Source of the DNA: Minisyncoccota bacterium
Lineage (GTDB): Bacteria > Patescibacteriota > Minisyncoccia > Phycocordibacterales > UBA9973
NCBI GenBank assembly: GCA_035510575.1
Contig: DATKGV010000004.1
Span: 88,419 to 152,418, forward strand
DNA length: 64,000 nt
Reading direction: 5' to 3'
Within the stretch, counting starts at the first letter, position 1. Each line of letters opens with the position of its first letter. The translations under genes and the position numbers were made by a program. This document shows positions 36,530-46,081 of the stretch, piece after piece. The notes under the pieces are model-generated. The model searched no databases and was not told the origin of the DNA. It saw only the letters and a program-made list of their open reading frames with translations.

Positions 36530-39500
36530 TCAATATAATATTAATTCGGCAATCATATCCCTTAAATGACAAAATTCGCACTCCTTGTCATCGCAGCGCT
36601 TATCCCAGAATGAAAGCGAGAGTATTTCATCGGCCACGCGATATATGACCAGCTTCAATTCTTCGACATCCTTATCATTTATTTCAAAAACTTCTTTATG
36701 GTATTTGCCGTTATCTCCCGGTTCAATGAAATCTATCGTTCCGGATTTCATATCATACTTGCCATCGCCGTAATTGTTCAGAAGCAATCTGTAAAAAACA
36801 AGCTGGCGATGATAATCGCCGTTCGCATTCTTGGTTTTGCCCAGAAGTTCATTGCGAGTTTTCGGTTTTCCGGTCTTATAATCGACGACATTGACGGCAT
36901 TGCCGCCGATAAATTCAACCTTATCCAATACGCCGGTTAAGCGGATTTCCGGCGATAATATTACGCCATTGATGCGGAATTCGCTTTCCGTATTTCTCTC
37001 CCATAAGCCATTGTAAGCGTCATACCAGCCGGAAAGAGAATGACTGCCCTTTTCCAAAAGTTCTTTATATTCGGTTTCAGCTATCGGCTGCCTGCCAAGA
37101 GCCATAATAAAGTTTTTAATTAAAAATTCTTTGCCTATATCCTCTTCTTTCCACATGCTGAAGAATTCTTGCAGCGCCGCATGAATGGCAGTTCCATAGG
37201 ACAAATATTTTTCCGGAGCGGTCGGGATGCGGATTAAATTGCGATAAAAATATTTCCATGGGCAAGACAGATAATTATTCAGCGCCGAGACCGAAAGGCC
37301 GTTTTTTAAGAATAAATCACGGACAAAATCTTTATCTTTCAAATTATGAGCTTCATGCATTTCAGGCATAAATAATATTTCTTTTTTTAGAAGAGCTTCC
37401 GATTCATAAGGAGCGGTGTCTATTTCAGCCACTAAATTATTATCAATTTCCAAGATAAACGGGCTTGGCAACTGTTCACGCCCGTCATCGCTTTCTTTGG
37501 CATAGGAAATGCCGACCCACTTTTTAGCTCGAGTAATCGCAACATATAAAAGACGGCGATCATCGTCCTCGCTTGAACCAGCCGCATCAGGCAGTCCAGA
37601 ACCCAGATCATAAACGCGCTCTAACATAGGCAAGCGATCAATGTCGCGGCGACCGCCAAGATGGCCGGAATAGCAATTGACTACATAAACATATTCAAAT
37701 TCCAGCCCTTTTGACTTGTGAATCGTCATCAAGCGTATTCTGCCGGACGGTATGCGAGAACGGTTCTTTTTGATAAATAAATTATGCTTGGCTATGGTAT
37801 CAAGATAAGAGAAAAAATCTTCAAGTTCGGCTTTCGGATTCGACTCAATCAATAATTTAATTTCGTCGATAATGCTATTGATAGCGTCAAGGCGGTCCTC
37901 CCTGCCAGACGAGGACAGTATATCCTCCAGCATTCCAGTATCGCGCAAAACTTCAGGTATGAATGCGAGCAGTTCCATATTATGGCTTTTGCTGACAAGA
38001 TTGGAAAATAATTCGCAGAAATTTAAGAATTGCTTAACTGATTTGACACCGGCATCATTGAGCAATTTCTTGTCAGATATTATTTCCCACAAGCCGATGC
38101 GCTTGTCGCTGCCATGAGCATGCATATTATCCGCTTTGCGTATAACTCTATAGACATCAAGCGGCGGAAGCTTGAATATATTCAAATGCAATACATAGGC
38201 AAGCGCTGCGCCGCGCTCATGCTCGCGAAGCGAACGGAGAATGAGAAGCAGTTTTTTTACGTCAGGATCCGAGAACAAATCAAGGTCGGATTCAATAACG
38301 TAAGGCACGCCGAACTTTTCCGCCAAAGATGCGAATAAAAATGCGTCCTTATTATTGCGGTATAATATGGCGATTTCGCTCGGTTTTACGCCATTATCTA
38401 TGCGTTCCTTGATATTCTTAATCACAAAATAAGTTTCGGCAAAAGCGGTTTGAAACGGATATAAATGCACAAGCGAGGAATCTTTATTTTTATCTGAAAC
38501 GGAAAAAAGCTTGGCGCCGCCCGAATTTATAAGGCCGCCTGAAGCATCAAGAATATTCTGAGTCGATCTGTAATTATCGGTCAAAGTAATAAGCTTGGCA
38601 TCGGGATAAAGCGCGCGGAAATAATAAAAGTTTTCAAGCGATGCGCCTTGAAATCGGAATATGGCCTGCTTGTCATCGCCGACGATGAAAAGATTCGGAT
38701 TAGGCGCATGATATTTGGCCAAGAGCTCTAATATCTTATTTTGAGCATTATTCGTATCCTGATGCTCATCAACAAGAAAATACTGATATCTTTCCTGAAG
38801 AATAAGAAGCAGAGATTCATCGGATTTTAAAGCTTTCAATACTTCCATTATCATATCGGAGTAATCATAAATCTTATTATTTGAAAGCTTATCCTGATAG
38901 GACTTATACAGTATGGACAGCTCGCGATTTTTCTTTATTTTCTTTTCAATTTTCTGATAATCGCCTTTCATCTTGCCGCTATACGGCCCTTTGACATGGA
39001 ATTTATCCGGCAATATTTCAAAAGCTGCTTGTTCTCTGTTGACAAGATCAATGAATGAATTTTCGTCCACGCCCTCGCGCTTAAGCTCATTAATGGATGA
39101 CAAGATATCGCGGACATAAAAATATCTGTCACCGAAAGGCGACAATAAGGATAATGAGCTGTTTGCCATATGTTCGTCGATTAATTTTTCAATTAGAGCT
39201 ATTTGATCAACTTCAGTCGACGGCTTTGAACCTATAATCCTCGGAAAGTGCTCGGGATTTTCACTGATAATATTTTGGCAAAAGGAATGGAATGTGGCGA
39301 TGCTAACCTGATAGGCGCGCGAACCGATAAGCTCTGATAATCTTTTGCGCATGGCCTGCACGCCGGCATCGGTAAAAGTGAGGGCTAAAATATTTTCCGG
39401 GCTCGCATCCGTTTTTTTTAAGATATTCCCTATGCGAAGCGTAAGTATCTGGGTTTTGCCAGTACCCGGCCCCGCCACCACCATCACTGGGCCTTCTATC

Positions 39501-39568
39501 GCATCTACGGCTTCTTTCTGCGCTTTATTCAATTTTTTGTAGGCCTCGCCAAAAATAAGATTGCTCAT
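36530..39568 (-). CDS. UvrD/PcrA-family ATP-dependent helicase with C-terminal PD-(D/E)XK nuclease
   Basis: AGPGTGKT, VDEHQD, GDDKQAIFRFQGA, TIHKSKGLEF, YVAITRAK; then LDKVE..VVDYKTG and a C-terminal Cys cluster. Confidence 0.9.
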   Translation of the reverse strand: MSNLIFGEAYKKLNKAQKEAVDAIEGPVMVVAGPGTGKTQILTLRIGNILKKTDASPENILALTFTDAGVQAMRKRLSELIGSRAYQVSIATFHSFCQNIISENPEHFPRIIGSKPSTEVDQIALIEKLIDEHMANSSLSLLSPFGDRYFYVRDILSSINELKREGVDENSFIDLVNREQAAFEILPDKFHVKGPYSGKMKGDYQKIEKKIKKNRELSILYKSYQDKLSNNKIYDYSDMIMEVLKALKSDESLLLILQERYQYFLVDEHQDTNNAQNKILELLAKYHAPNPNLFIVGDDKQAIFRFQGASLENFYYFRALYPDAKLITLTDNYRSTQNILDASGGLINSGGAKLFSVSDKNKDSSLVHLYPFQTAFAETYFVIKNIKERIDNGVKPSEIAILYRNNKDAFLFASLAEKFGVPYVIESDLDLFSDPDVKKLLLILRSLREHERGAALAYVLHLNIFKLPPLDVYRVIRKADNMHAHGSDKRIGLWEIISDKKLLNDAGVKSVKQFLNFCELFSNLVSKSHNMELLAFIPEVLRDTGMLEDILSSSGREDRLDAINSIIDEIKLLIESNPKAELEDFFSYLDTIAKHNLFIKKNRSRIPSGRIRLMTIHKSKGLEFEYVYVVNCYSGHLGGRRDIDRLPMLERVYDLGSGLPDAAGSSEDDDRRLLYVAITRAKKWVGISYAKESDDGREQLPSPFILEIDNNLVAEIDTAPYESEALLKKEILFMPEMHEAHNLKDKDFVRDLFLKNGLSVSALNNYLSCPWKYFYRNLIRIPTAPEKYLSYGTAIHAALQEFFSMWKEEDIGKEFLIKNFIMALGRQPIAETEYKELLEKGSHSLSGWYDAYNGLWERNTESEFRINGVILSPEIRLTGVLDKVEFIGGNAVNVVDYKTGKPKTRNELLGKTKNANGDYHRQLVFYRLLLNNYGDGKYDMKSGTIDFIEPGDNGKYHKEVFEINDKDVEELKLVIYRVADEILSLSFWDKRCDDKECEFCHLRDMIAELILY

Positions 39569-39621
39569 AAATTCATTATACCGCCAGTGGCCAATAAAAA
39601 GAAAATTCCTGATAATATAAG

Positions 39622-40398
39622 CTATAGATCCACTTTTTTCGCAAGAATTTCATTTCCAAACCATCTTCGAACAAATTCTTTAAACGTCTCAGTTTCTTTA
39701 GTTACTAGTATAGATAAGCTACCATTATGTGAAAAGAATTTTTCTCTTTCGGGAAATTCTTTAAAATAATCTTCCAGATATTTGGGAATTAAATCTTCCT
39801 GATAAATCCACTCTTTAATAGAAGGAAAAGCTTTTTTGAAATCATTGCGCACAATTCCATAATGAGTGCAAAGCAATGCTCCTCTTGTGATATCATTTGG
39901 CACTTTATCTTTAAAAGAAGAAATATATGAATATGTATCTCCCCCATTTTCTATAAGATAGGCAAGTTCGGGCATTGGAATTTTTATATAATTTTTAATA
40001 TGCGAATTTAAGAACTTCTCATATACTTCCGATTCGCATGTGCGAGGCGTGGCAAAAATCACAACAGTATTGTCGTTACCTAAAGATTCCACTGTCGGGC
40101 GAACTATGCCGAAAAGAATTTTTCCAGGATATTTAATGTCTTTCCAATCTTTCAATCTGTCATAAATAGTAGAGCTGATAGTATTGCAAGCAAGCACAAT
40201 TCCAGAGCAATTCTTCTTTCCATATAGAAAATCGAGCGCTTTAGTAGCAAGCAGAAAGAGTTCGTCTGGAGTTTTATTACCATAAGATACATTTAACTGA
40301 TCACCCAGAAATATATAATCATATTCCGGCAGAGCTTCCTTTAAATGCTTCAATATCCATAATCCGCCAAGTCCTGAATCAAAAACGCCTATATTCAT
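39622..40398 (-). CDS. murI: Glutamate racemase
   Basis: IGVFDSGLGG, ACNT and CTHY catalytic cysteines. Confidence 0.9.
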   Translation of the reverse strand: MNIGVFDSGLGGLWILKHLKEALPEYDYIFLGDQLNVSYGNKTPDELFLLATKALDFLYGKKNCSGIVLACNTISSTIYDRLKDWKDIKYPGKILFGIVRPTVESLGNDNTVVIFATPRTCESEVYEKFLNSHIKNYIKIPMPELAYLIENGGDTYSYISSFKDKVPNDITRGALLCTHYGIVRNDFKKAFPSIKEWIYQEDLIPKYLEDYFKEFPEREKFFSHNGSLSILVTKETETFKEFVRRWFGNEILAKKVDL

Positions 40399-40423
40399 GA
40401 AGCTATTCTAACATATTTTTTAA

Positions 40424-41803
40424 TCAATCCGACTTTAATATAGTTACCAGCTTTGAAGCAAGGCCGGTATATGACAAAGGCGTCAATTTTTTAAGTTCTG
40501 ATTTTAATTGCGGAGAAACTTTCAAACTGTCTATGAATTTCGCAAAATCATTCATAGATACTTTCTTGCCGCGAGTAAGTTCTTTGAGGGCCTCATAAGG
40601 TATCGGATAACCTTCTCGCCGCAAGATCGTCTGGATCGCTTCGGCTATGATTTCCGGATGCGATAGCAAATCATCTTTAATCTTCTCTTCATTGGCGCTG
40701 ATTTTGCTTAAACCCTTTTCAAGTGCAAGATAAGCCACATGCGAGTGCCCGAATGCCGTACCAAATGTTCGCTTAACAGTTGAATCAGACAAGTCGCGCT
40801 GAAGCCGGGAAATCGGCAATTTCTGCGAGAAAAATGAAAACAGCGCGTTTGCTATGCCAAGGTTGCCTTCGCTGTTTTCAAAATCAATTGGATTGATTTT
40901 ATGCGGCATAGTCGATGATCCTACTTCGCCTGCTTTCGGCTTTTGAATTATGTATCCGTCGCTGATATATCGCCAGATATCTTGATTAAAATCCAAAAGA
41001 ATAGCATTGGCGCGCCTGATAATATCGAAAAGTTCCGCGTACGTGTCATGAGGTTCGATCTGGGTCGTAATTAAATTGGCTTCAAAAGAAACATGCGCTA
41101 TTTTGCCGATGTGATCTGCAAAATCTTTGGAAAATTTTATCCAATTTGCCTTTGGATAGGCGGAGACGAAAGCATTATAGTTGCCAGTCGCGCCGTTTAA
41201 TTTTATTAAAATTTTATTGGAAGAAAGCTGATCAATCTGGCGATTCAATCTGGCGATATACACCGCGAATTCTTTGCCAAGAGTCGTTGGGCTGGCTGGC
41301 TGGCCGTGAGTGCGGGCAAGCATGGGCAAAGATTTGTATAATTTTGAAAATGATTGCAGTTTGTTTTTTATATCAATAAGCTCTGGAATAATGGCATCTT
41401 TGCAAGCGAGTGAAAGTATTAATCCATAAGCGCAATTATCCGTATCTTCAGATGTCAGCCCGAAATGCACCCATTCAATAATATCTTTCAAGCTGGTGCT
41501 CTGTAAATTTTCCTTTATGAAATATTCAACCGCTTTGACATCATGATTTATCGCCGCTTCAAAATCCTTGATTTTTTTATACGATTTATCGTCAAACTTT
41601 TCATACAGCAAGCGCAATATTTTTATTTCATTAGAAGTAAATTTCCTGAGCCCTGTTATATTCGCGCTAGATAAGCGAATTAAAAATTCGCATTCCACCA
41701 TAACGCGATATTTCATTAATGCCTGCTCGGAAAAATACGGCGAAAGCGACCTGGTTTTCTCGTAATATCTGCCGTCCAAAGATGATATATTTTCGCCTTT
41801 CAT
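40424..41803 (-). CDS. purB: Adenylosuccinate lyase
   Basis: LDGRY, ARTHGQPA, GSSTMPHKINP.DFENSEG. Confidence 0.96.
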   Translation of the reverse strand: MKGENISSLDGRYYEKTRSLSPYFSEQALMKYRVMVECEFLIRLSSANITGLRKFTSNEIKILRLLYEKFDDKSYKKIKDFEAAINHDVKAVEYFIKENLQSTSLKDIIEWVHFGLTSEDTDNCAYGLILSLACKDAIIPELIDIKNKLQSFSKLYKSLPMLARTHGQPASPTTLGKEFAVYIARLNRQIDQLSSNKILIKLNGATGNYNAFVSAYPKANWIKFSKDFADHIGKIAHVSFEANLITTQIEPHDTYAELFDIIRRANAILLDFNQDIWRYISDGYIIQKPKAGEVGSSTMPHKINPIDFENSEGNLGIANALFSFFSQKLPISRLQRDLSDSTVKRTFGTAFGHSHVAYLALEKGLSKISANEEKIKDDLLSHPEIIAEAIQTILRREGYPIPYEALKELTRGKKVSMNDFAKFIDSLKVSPQLKSELKKLTPLSYTGLASKLVTILKSD

Positions 41804-41812
41804 AAAATATGT

Positions 41813-42775
41813 TTACTTTATTTTGCTTAAATTGTTTTTAATGCGCTCCATTATCGGCCGTGAAAAATCATGCAGAAACGGCTTGCCTGTAATCGTTTCG
41901 TATATCTCAATATAACGCCTGGAAAGCTCGGCGACAAGTTCAATCGGTGCTTCAGGCAGCACTTTGTCATTATACGGATCGCAGTGTTCTTTAAACCATA
42001 AGCGTAGAAATTCTTTGTCAAAATATTCAGGTTCAAGCCCCGCATTGAAGCGTTCATTATAGCTGTTGGCCTTCCAATAACGCGATGAATCAGGCGTATG
42101 TATTTCATCAATCAGAGTCAACTTGCCGTCTTCATCAATGCCGAATTCATATTTAGTATCGACAAGAATCAACCCGCGAGACAATGCTATTTCTTGTCCT
42201 CGGATAAATAATTCTTTGGCTATGCGTTCAACTTCGTCGGCCATTTCTTTAGCAAGCAATCCTTCGGAAACAATTTCGGCAGGAGTAATCGGGCGATCAT
42301 GCTCGTCTGATTTTGTCGTCGGAGTAAAAAGCGGTTCTGGAAGCTTTTGATTTTTCTTCAGTCCTTCAGGCAATATAAAGTTACCGAAATCGCGCTTGCC
42401 GTCCTTGTAATGAGTCCAAAGCGACGTGCCAGTTACTCCGGTAATATATCCGCGGACAACAGCTTCAATAGGAAGCGGCTTGCATTTCTTGGCTACAAGC
42501 ACATTCGGGTCAGGCACGCTTAAAACATGATTCTGTATGATATCTTTGGTATTTTCAAACCAAAAAGCGCTGATCTGATTCAGAACTTCCCCTTTGAAAG
42601 GTACATGTGCAATAATTCTATCGAATGAAGAATGGCGGTCGGTTGAAATAAGTATTATTTTATCCGGATTAATATACACATCACGCACTTTGCCGACTTT
42701 TTTTTGTCCAATACCAGCAAAATTCGTTTCTGTTATGACATCGCCTATATGCTGTTTTATTTTTTCTATATCCAT
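41813..42775 (-). CDS. purC: SAICAR synthase
   Basis: GKVRDVY, FTPTTK, LVDTKYEFG, DEIHTPDSSRYW. Confidence 0.96.
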   Translation of the reverse strand: MDIEKIKQHIGDVITETNFAGIGQKKVGKVRDVYINPDKIILISTDRHSSFDRIIAHVPFKGEVLNQISAFWFENTKDIIQNHVLSVPDPNVLVAKKCKPLPIEAVVRGYITGVTGTSLWTHYKDGKRDFGNFILPEGLKKNQKLPEPLFTPTTKSDEHDRPITPAEIVSEGLLAKEMADEVERIAKELFIRGQEIALSRGLILVDTKYEFGIDEDGKLTLIDEIHTPDSSRYWKANSYNERFNAGLEPEYFDKEFLRLWFKEHCDPYNDKVLPEAPIELVAELSRRYIEIYETITGKPFLHDFSRPIMERIKNNLSKIK

Positions 42776-42780
42776 ATATA

Positions 42781-43935
42781 TTAATAAATAATTTTTTTAT
42801 TGGCAGTTAATTTTGAAATTATGGAAACCTGAGGTTTATTTTCTTTGGTTATTCTTCCGGCAACTTTGGCTTGTATATTAAACTCTTGAGCTCTTTTTAT
42901 GCAGTAATCGGCATCTTTCTCGTCTATGACAAGCAGCATTCCTTGCCCGCCATGCCATACTTCATAAAATTCTTCATCAGTCAATTTGCGCCATTCCGCG
43001 CAATCTCTCATAATCTGCGGAGGATCCCATAAATCGGTAAGCAGGGCGGAAAGCCCTCGCTGGAAAAGAATATCTTTGGCAAACTTTTCTTTTAAAGCTC
43101 CGCCAGAAAGATGAACAATTAAGTGGATTTTAATTTCCGGCTTGAAATCCTCAGCAAACCATCCGTGCAGAGTATTGATAAACATATCATAAAGAACAGA
43201 AGGAGTTGCCGCCAGTTTTATGCTTTCTTTCGCATCTTTATTTGCCCACCATTTTTCGCCGAATTTTTCTTTCAGAGCTTTTCTCAATGAACTTATTCCA
43301 TTACAGCGAAAACCGTTTTCTTTTAAGGCGATAATCGTCTGCCCCGGCGCCAAAGTATCGCCTGTAATCATTTTGTCTTTATGGTAGGCGCCGATCATCG
43401 TGCCGGACCAATTCAATTTGGTTTTGGAGTCGGATATTTCAGAGCCGATAGCATCTCCCATTTGGGCGGTTTCGCCTTTCAAGACCACGATTTTGCTTTG
43501 TTTTGCCACTTCGCCTAATCCCAAAATGGCGCTTTTGTATGTCTCACTCACTTCATCCCCTTCATTTCCGATAGAACTTGTATCAAAAACATTTATAAAA
43601 ACAAGCGGGATTCCGCCGAAACGGGTAATGTCGCTTGAAGTCATCGCGATAATGTCGTATGCCGCCAGATGATGAGTTTTGGCTGCATCAATAATGATGC
43701 CTTTCGTGCCAATGCCATCGGTAGACGCTTCAATGGAAAATCCAGCTGGCAGGTTTTTAAAATTAAAAGGCCGAGGTCCGCGGAAGTTACCGCCAGAGAG
43801 ATCATGCACTTCTATATATGGAGAATTATTATAACTTGCTTTACAAATTGATCCGGCGAAACTGCTAAAAGAAGATTCTTCTTCAACATCAACTCCGTCT
43901 TGCGAATAGATTTTCTTCTTTGTTAGTTCGCTCAT
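42781..43935 (-). CDS. purM: AIR synthase (phosphoribosylformylglycinamidine cyclo-ligase), divergent
   Basis: YSQDGVD, STDGIGTK, GETAQM, GFRCNG, HLSGG; within the pur cluster. Confidence 0.85.
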   Translation of the reverse strand: MSELTKKKIYSQDGVDVEEESSFSSFAGSICKASYNNSPYIEVHDLSGGNFRGPRPFNFKNLPAGFSIEASTDGIGTKGIIIDAAKTHHLAAYDIIAMTSSDITRFGGIPLVFINVFDTSSIGNEGDEVSETYKSAILGLGEVAKQSKIVVLKGETAQMGDAIGSEISDSKTKLNWSGTMIGAYHKDKMITGDTLAPGQTIIALKENGFRCNGISSLRKALKEKFGEKWWANKDAKESIKLAATPSVLYDMFINTLHGWFAEDFKPEIKIHLIVHLSGGALKEKFAKDILFQRGLSALLTDLWDPPQIMRDCAEWRKLTDEEFYEVWHGGQGMLLVIDEKDADYCIKRAQEFNIQAKVAGRITKENKPQVSIISKLTANKKIIY

Positions 43936-44459
43936 TTTTTATTTTCTTCCAGATAATTTTTAACTCCAATTTCAGAAAGTTTATCACCTTTAGTTTTAAC
44001 TTCATCATTCATCTTTTTCTTGTAGTTTATCATTTTATCTAAAAGATCCTTATCAGAAAGCGCCAATATTTGAATAGCAAGCAGAGCGGCGTTCTTAGCG
44101 CTATCGATGCCTACTGTCGCCACAGGCACGCCGGGTGGCATCTGGACAGTTGATAGAAGCGAATCAAAGCCATCTAAGGTTTTCGCTTTAACAGGAAGAC
44201 CGATAACTGGAAGCGGTGTCAATGATGCAATTACGCCTGCCAAATGAGCTGCTCCGCCTGCACAGGCAATAATAACTTTTAATCCATTAGACAATGCAGA
44301 AGTCGCATAGGCATGAACTAATTCAGGGGCTCTGTGAGCTGATGCAACTGTTATATCGTATGACACTCCAAATTCTTCTAATAAAATTGAAGCCCCAGAA
44401 GCAACTGAAAGGTCAGAATCTGACCCCATAACTATTCCCACTTTTGCATCTTTTTTCAT
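43932..44459 (-). CDS. purE: N5-CAIR mutase / AIR carboxylase catalytic subunit
   Basis: VMGSDSD, SAHRAP, AGGAAHL, QMPPGVPVATV. Confidence 0.96.
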   Translation of the reverse strand: MKKDAKVGIVMGSDSDLSVASGASILLEEFGVSYDITVASAHRAPELVHAYATSALSNGLKVIIACAGGAAHLAGVIASLTPLPVIGLPVKAKTLDGFDSLLSTVQMPPGVPVATVGIDSAKNAALLAIQILALSDKDLLDKMINYKKKMNDEVKTKGDKLSEIGVKNYLEENKK

Positions 44460-44529
44460 AATGTGATTTTATCATTTCAAGAGAAATGTAACAAGCGCAA
44501 AAAAAAGACCTTTTTAAGAAGATCTTTTT

Positions 44530-44664
44530 TTATTTTTGACTATGTTCATAAGTGCTGTCATAATCATTGCCATTATCAATCTTCTCAGGATTATGATCAG
44601 AAGATTTTAATATTTTTGCACTTTCACTTCCTTGAAGATCAAATACTTGATTCTCTACATGCAT
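44530..44664 (-). CDS. Possible small acidic protein (44 aa)
   Basis: Hand translation MHVENQVFDLQGSESAKILKSSDHNPEKIDNGNDYDSTYEHSQK, followed by a hairpin/T-tract (about 44499-44530). Confidence 0.3.
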   Translation of the reverse strand: MHVENQVFDLQGSESAKILKSSDHNPEKIDNGNDYDSTYEHSQK

Positions 44665-44723
44665 ACAATTATGAATTTAATTTATTTTCCTGAATCATAA
44701 CAAATGTCCGCCTTGGTGTCAAA

Positions 44724-46016
44724 TTATTTCTTCAAATATTTTAGCGCTTTTTGCCCTATATCGCGCCGGTATTGCATGCCATCAAATGAAATTTTTGATA
44801 CGGCTTCATAGGCACTTTTGAGCGCTTCTTTTAAAGTATTACCTATTGCGCTTACTCCAAACACACGTCCGCCATTTGTCACAAAATTTCCATTTTCATC
44901 AAGCTTCGTTCCAGCATGAAAAACAAAAATATTTGAATTATTTTCTGCTTCTTTTATTCCAGAAATAATTTTGCCTTTTTCATAATTCCCCGGATATCCG
45001 CCTGAAGCAAGCACTATTGTGCAAGCAAAAAGCGGTTTCCATTTTATATTAATAGTGGAAAGTGTGCCATTTATGCAAGCTTCAAATATATCCAGAATAT
45101 CGGTTTCCAAAAGCCGCATGTAACTTTGCGTTTCGGGGTCGCCGAAGCGGGCATTGTATTCAAGTATTTTGGGACCATCTTTTGTAAGCATCAATCCCGG
45201 ATAAAGTACGCCGACAAACGGCATTCTTTGCGCATTCATGGAAGATAATGTCAGTTTGATAATACTGCTTTCTACATCCGCCATAATATCATCCGTTACA
45301 AACGGCAACGGCGCAATCGTTCCCATACCGCCGGTGTTTAATCCCATATCTCCTTCGCCGATTCTTTTATGATCTTGCGATGGCGGGAAAATTGAATATG
45401 ATTTGCCGTCAGAAAACGCATGCGTTGATATTTCAATGCCTTCCAAAAATTCTTCAATCACGACTTCATTGCCTGATTCGCCGAATATTTTTTTTACCAA
45501 AATATCAGAAAGGGCCTCTTTGGCTTCTTCGTAATTGGCGCAAATAAATACTCCTTTGCCTAGAGCCAGTCCGCTTGCTTTAATTACAATAGGCAATTTT
45601 TGATTATCTAAATATTTAATGGCCTCATCAAAATCAGTAAAAGTTTTAAAGCTGGCAGTTGGTAAGTTATAGGTCTCCATAAAATGCTTGGCAAATGCTT
45701 TTGATGATTCAAGTTGAGCCGCTGCTTTGGTAGGTCCGAAAATTTTCAAGCCATTTGCCGTAAATATATCAACTATTCCAAGGGCAAGCGGGTCATCCGG
45801 AAGCGCCAATGTCATATCTATATTTTCTTTTTTGGCAAAATCAAGCAACGCATTAATATCAGTCGCTTTTATATCCACATTCTTTCCCAAACTAGCTGTA
45901 CCTCCATTCCCCGGCGCAAAAAATAACTCTTCTGCGCGCGGCGACTGCGCAACTTTCCATCCTATCGCATGCTCCCGTCCCCCGCTTCCAATGATTAAAA
46001 TTTTTAGTTTGTTCAT
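44724..46016 (-). CDS. purD: Phosphoribosylamine--glycine ligase
   Basis: GSGGREHA, KASGLALGKGV, QDHKR, NTGGMG, EYNARFGDPETQ. Confidence 0.97.
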   Translation of the reverse strand: MNKLKILIIGSGGREHAIGWKVAQSPRAEELFFAPGNGGTASLGKNVDIKATDINALLDFAKKENIDMTLALPDDPLALGIVDIFTANGLKIFGPTKAAAQLESSKAFAKHFMETYNLPTASFKTFTDFDEAIKYLDNQKLPIVIKASGLALGKGVFICANYEEAKEALSDILVKKIFGESGNEVVIEEFLEGIEISTHAFSDGKSYSIFPPSQDHKRIGEGDMGLNTGGMGTIAPLPFVTDDIMADVESSIIKLTLSSMNAQRMPFVGVLYPGLMLTKDGPKILEYNARFGDPETQSYMRLLETDILDIFEACINGTLSTINIKWKPLFACTIVLASGGYPGNYEKGKIISGIKEAENNSNIFVFHAGTKLDENGNFVTNGGRVFGVSAIGNTLKEALKSAYEAVSKISFDGMQYRRDIGQKALKYLKK

Positions 46017-46037
46017 AAATAATTTAATTTCTCTTAG

Positions 46038-46071
46038 TGCTACAAACTCTGCACGTGCAGAGTTTGTAGCA
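46038..46071. repeat. 34-bp perfect palindrome (family C), copy 1
   Basis: tgctacaaactctgcac|gtgcagagtttgtagca. Confidence 0.92.
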
Positions 46072-46081
46072 TTTTGTTATT

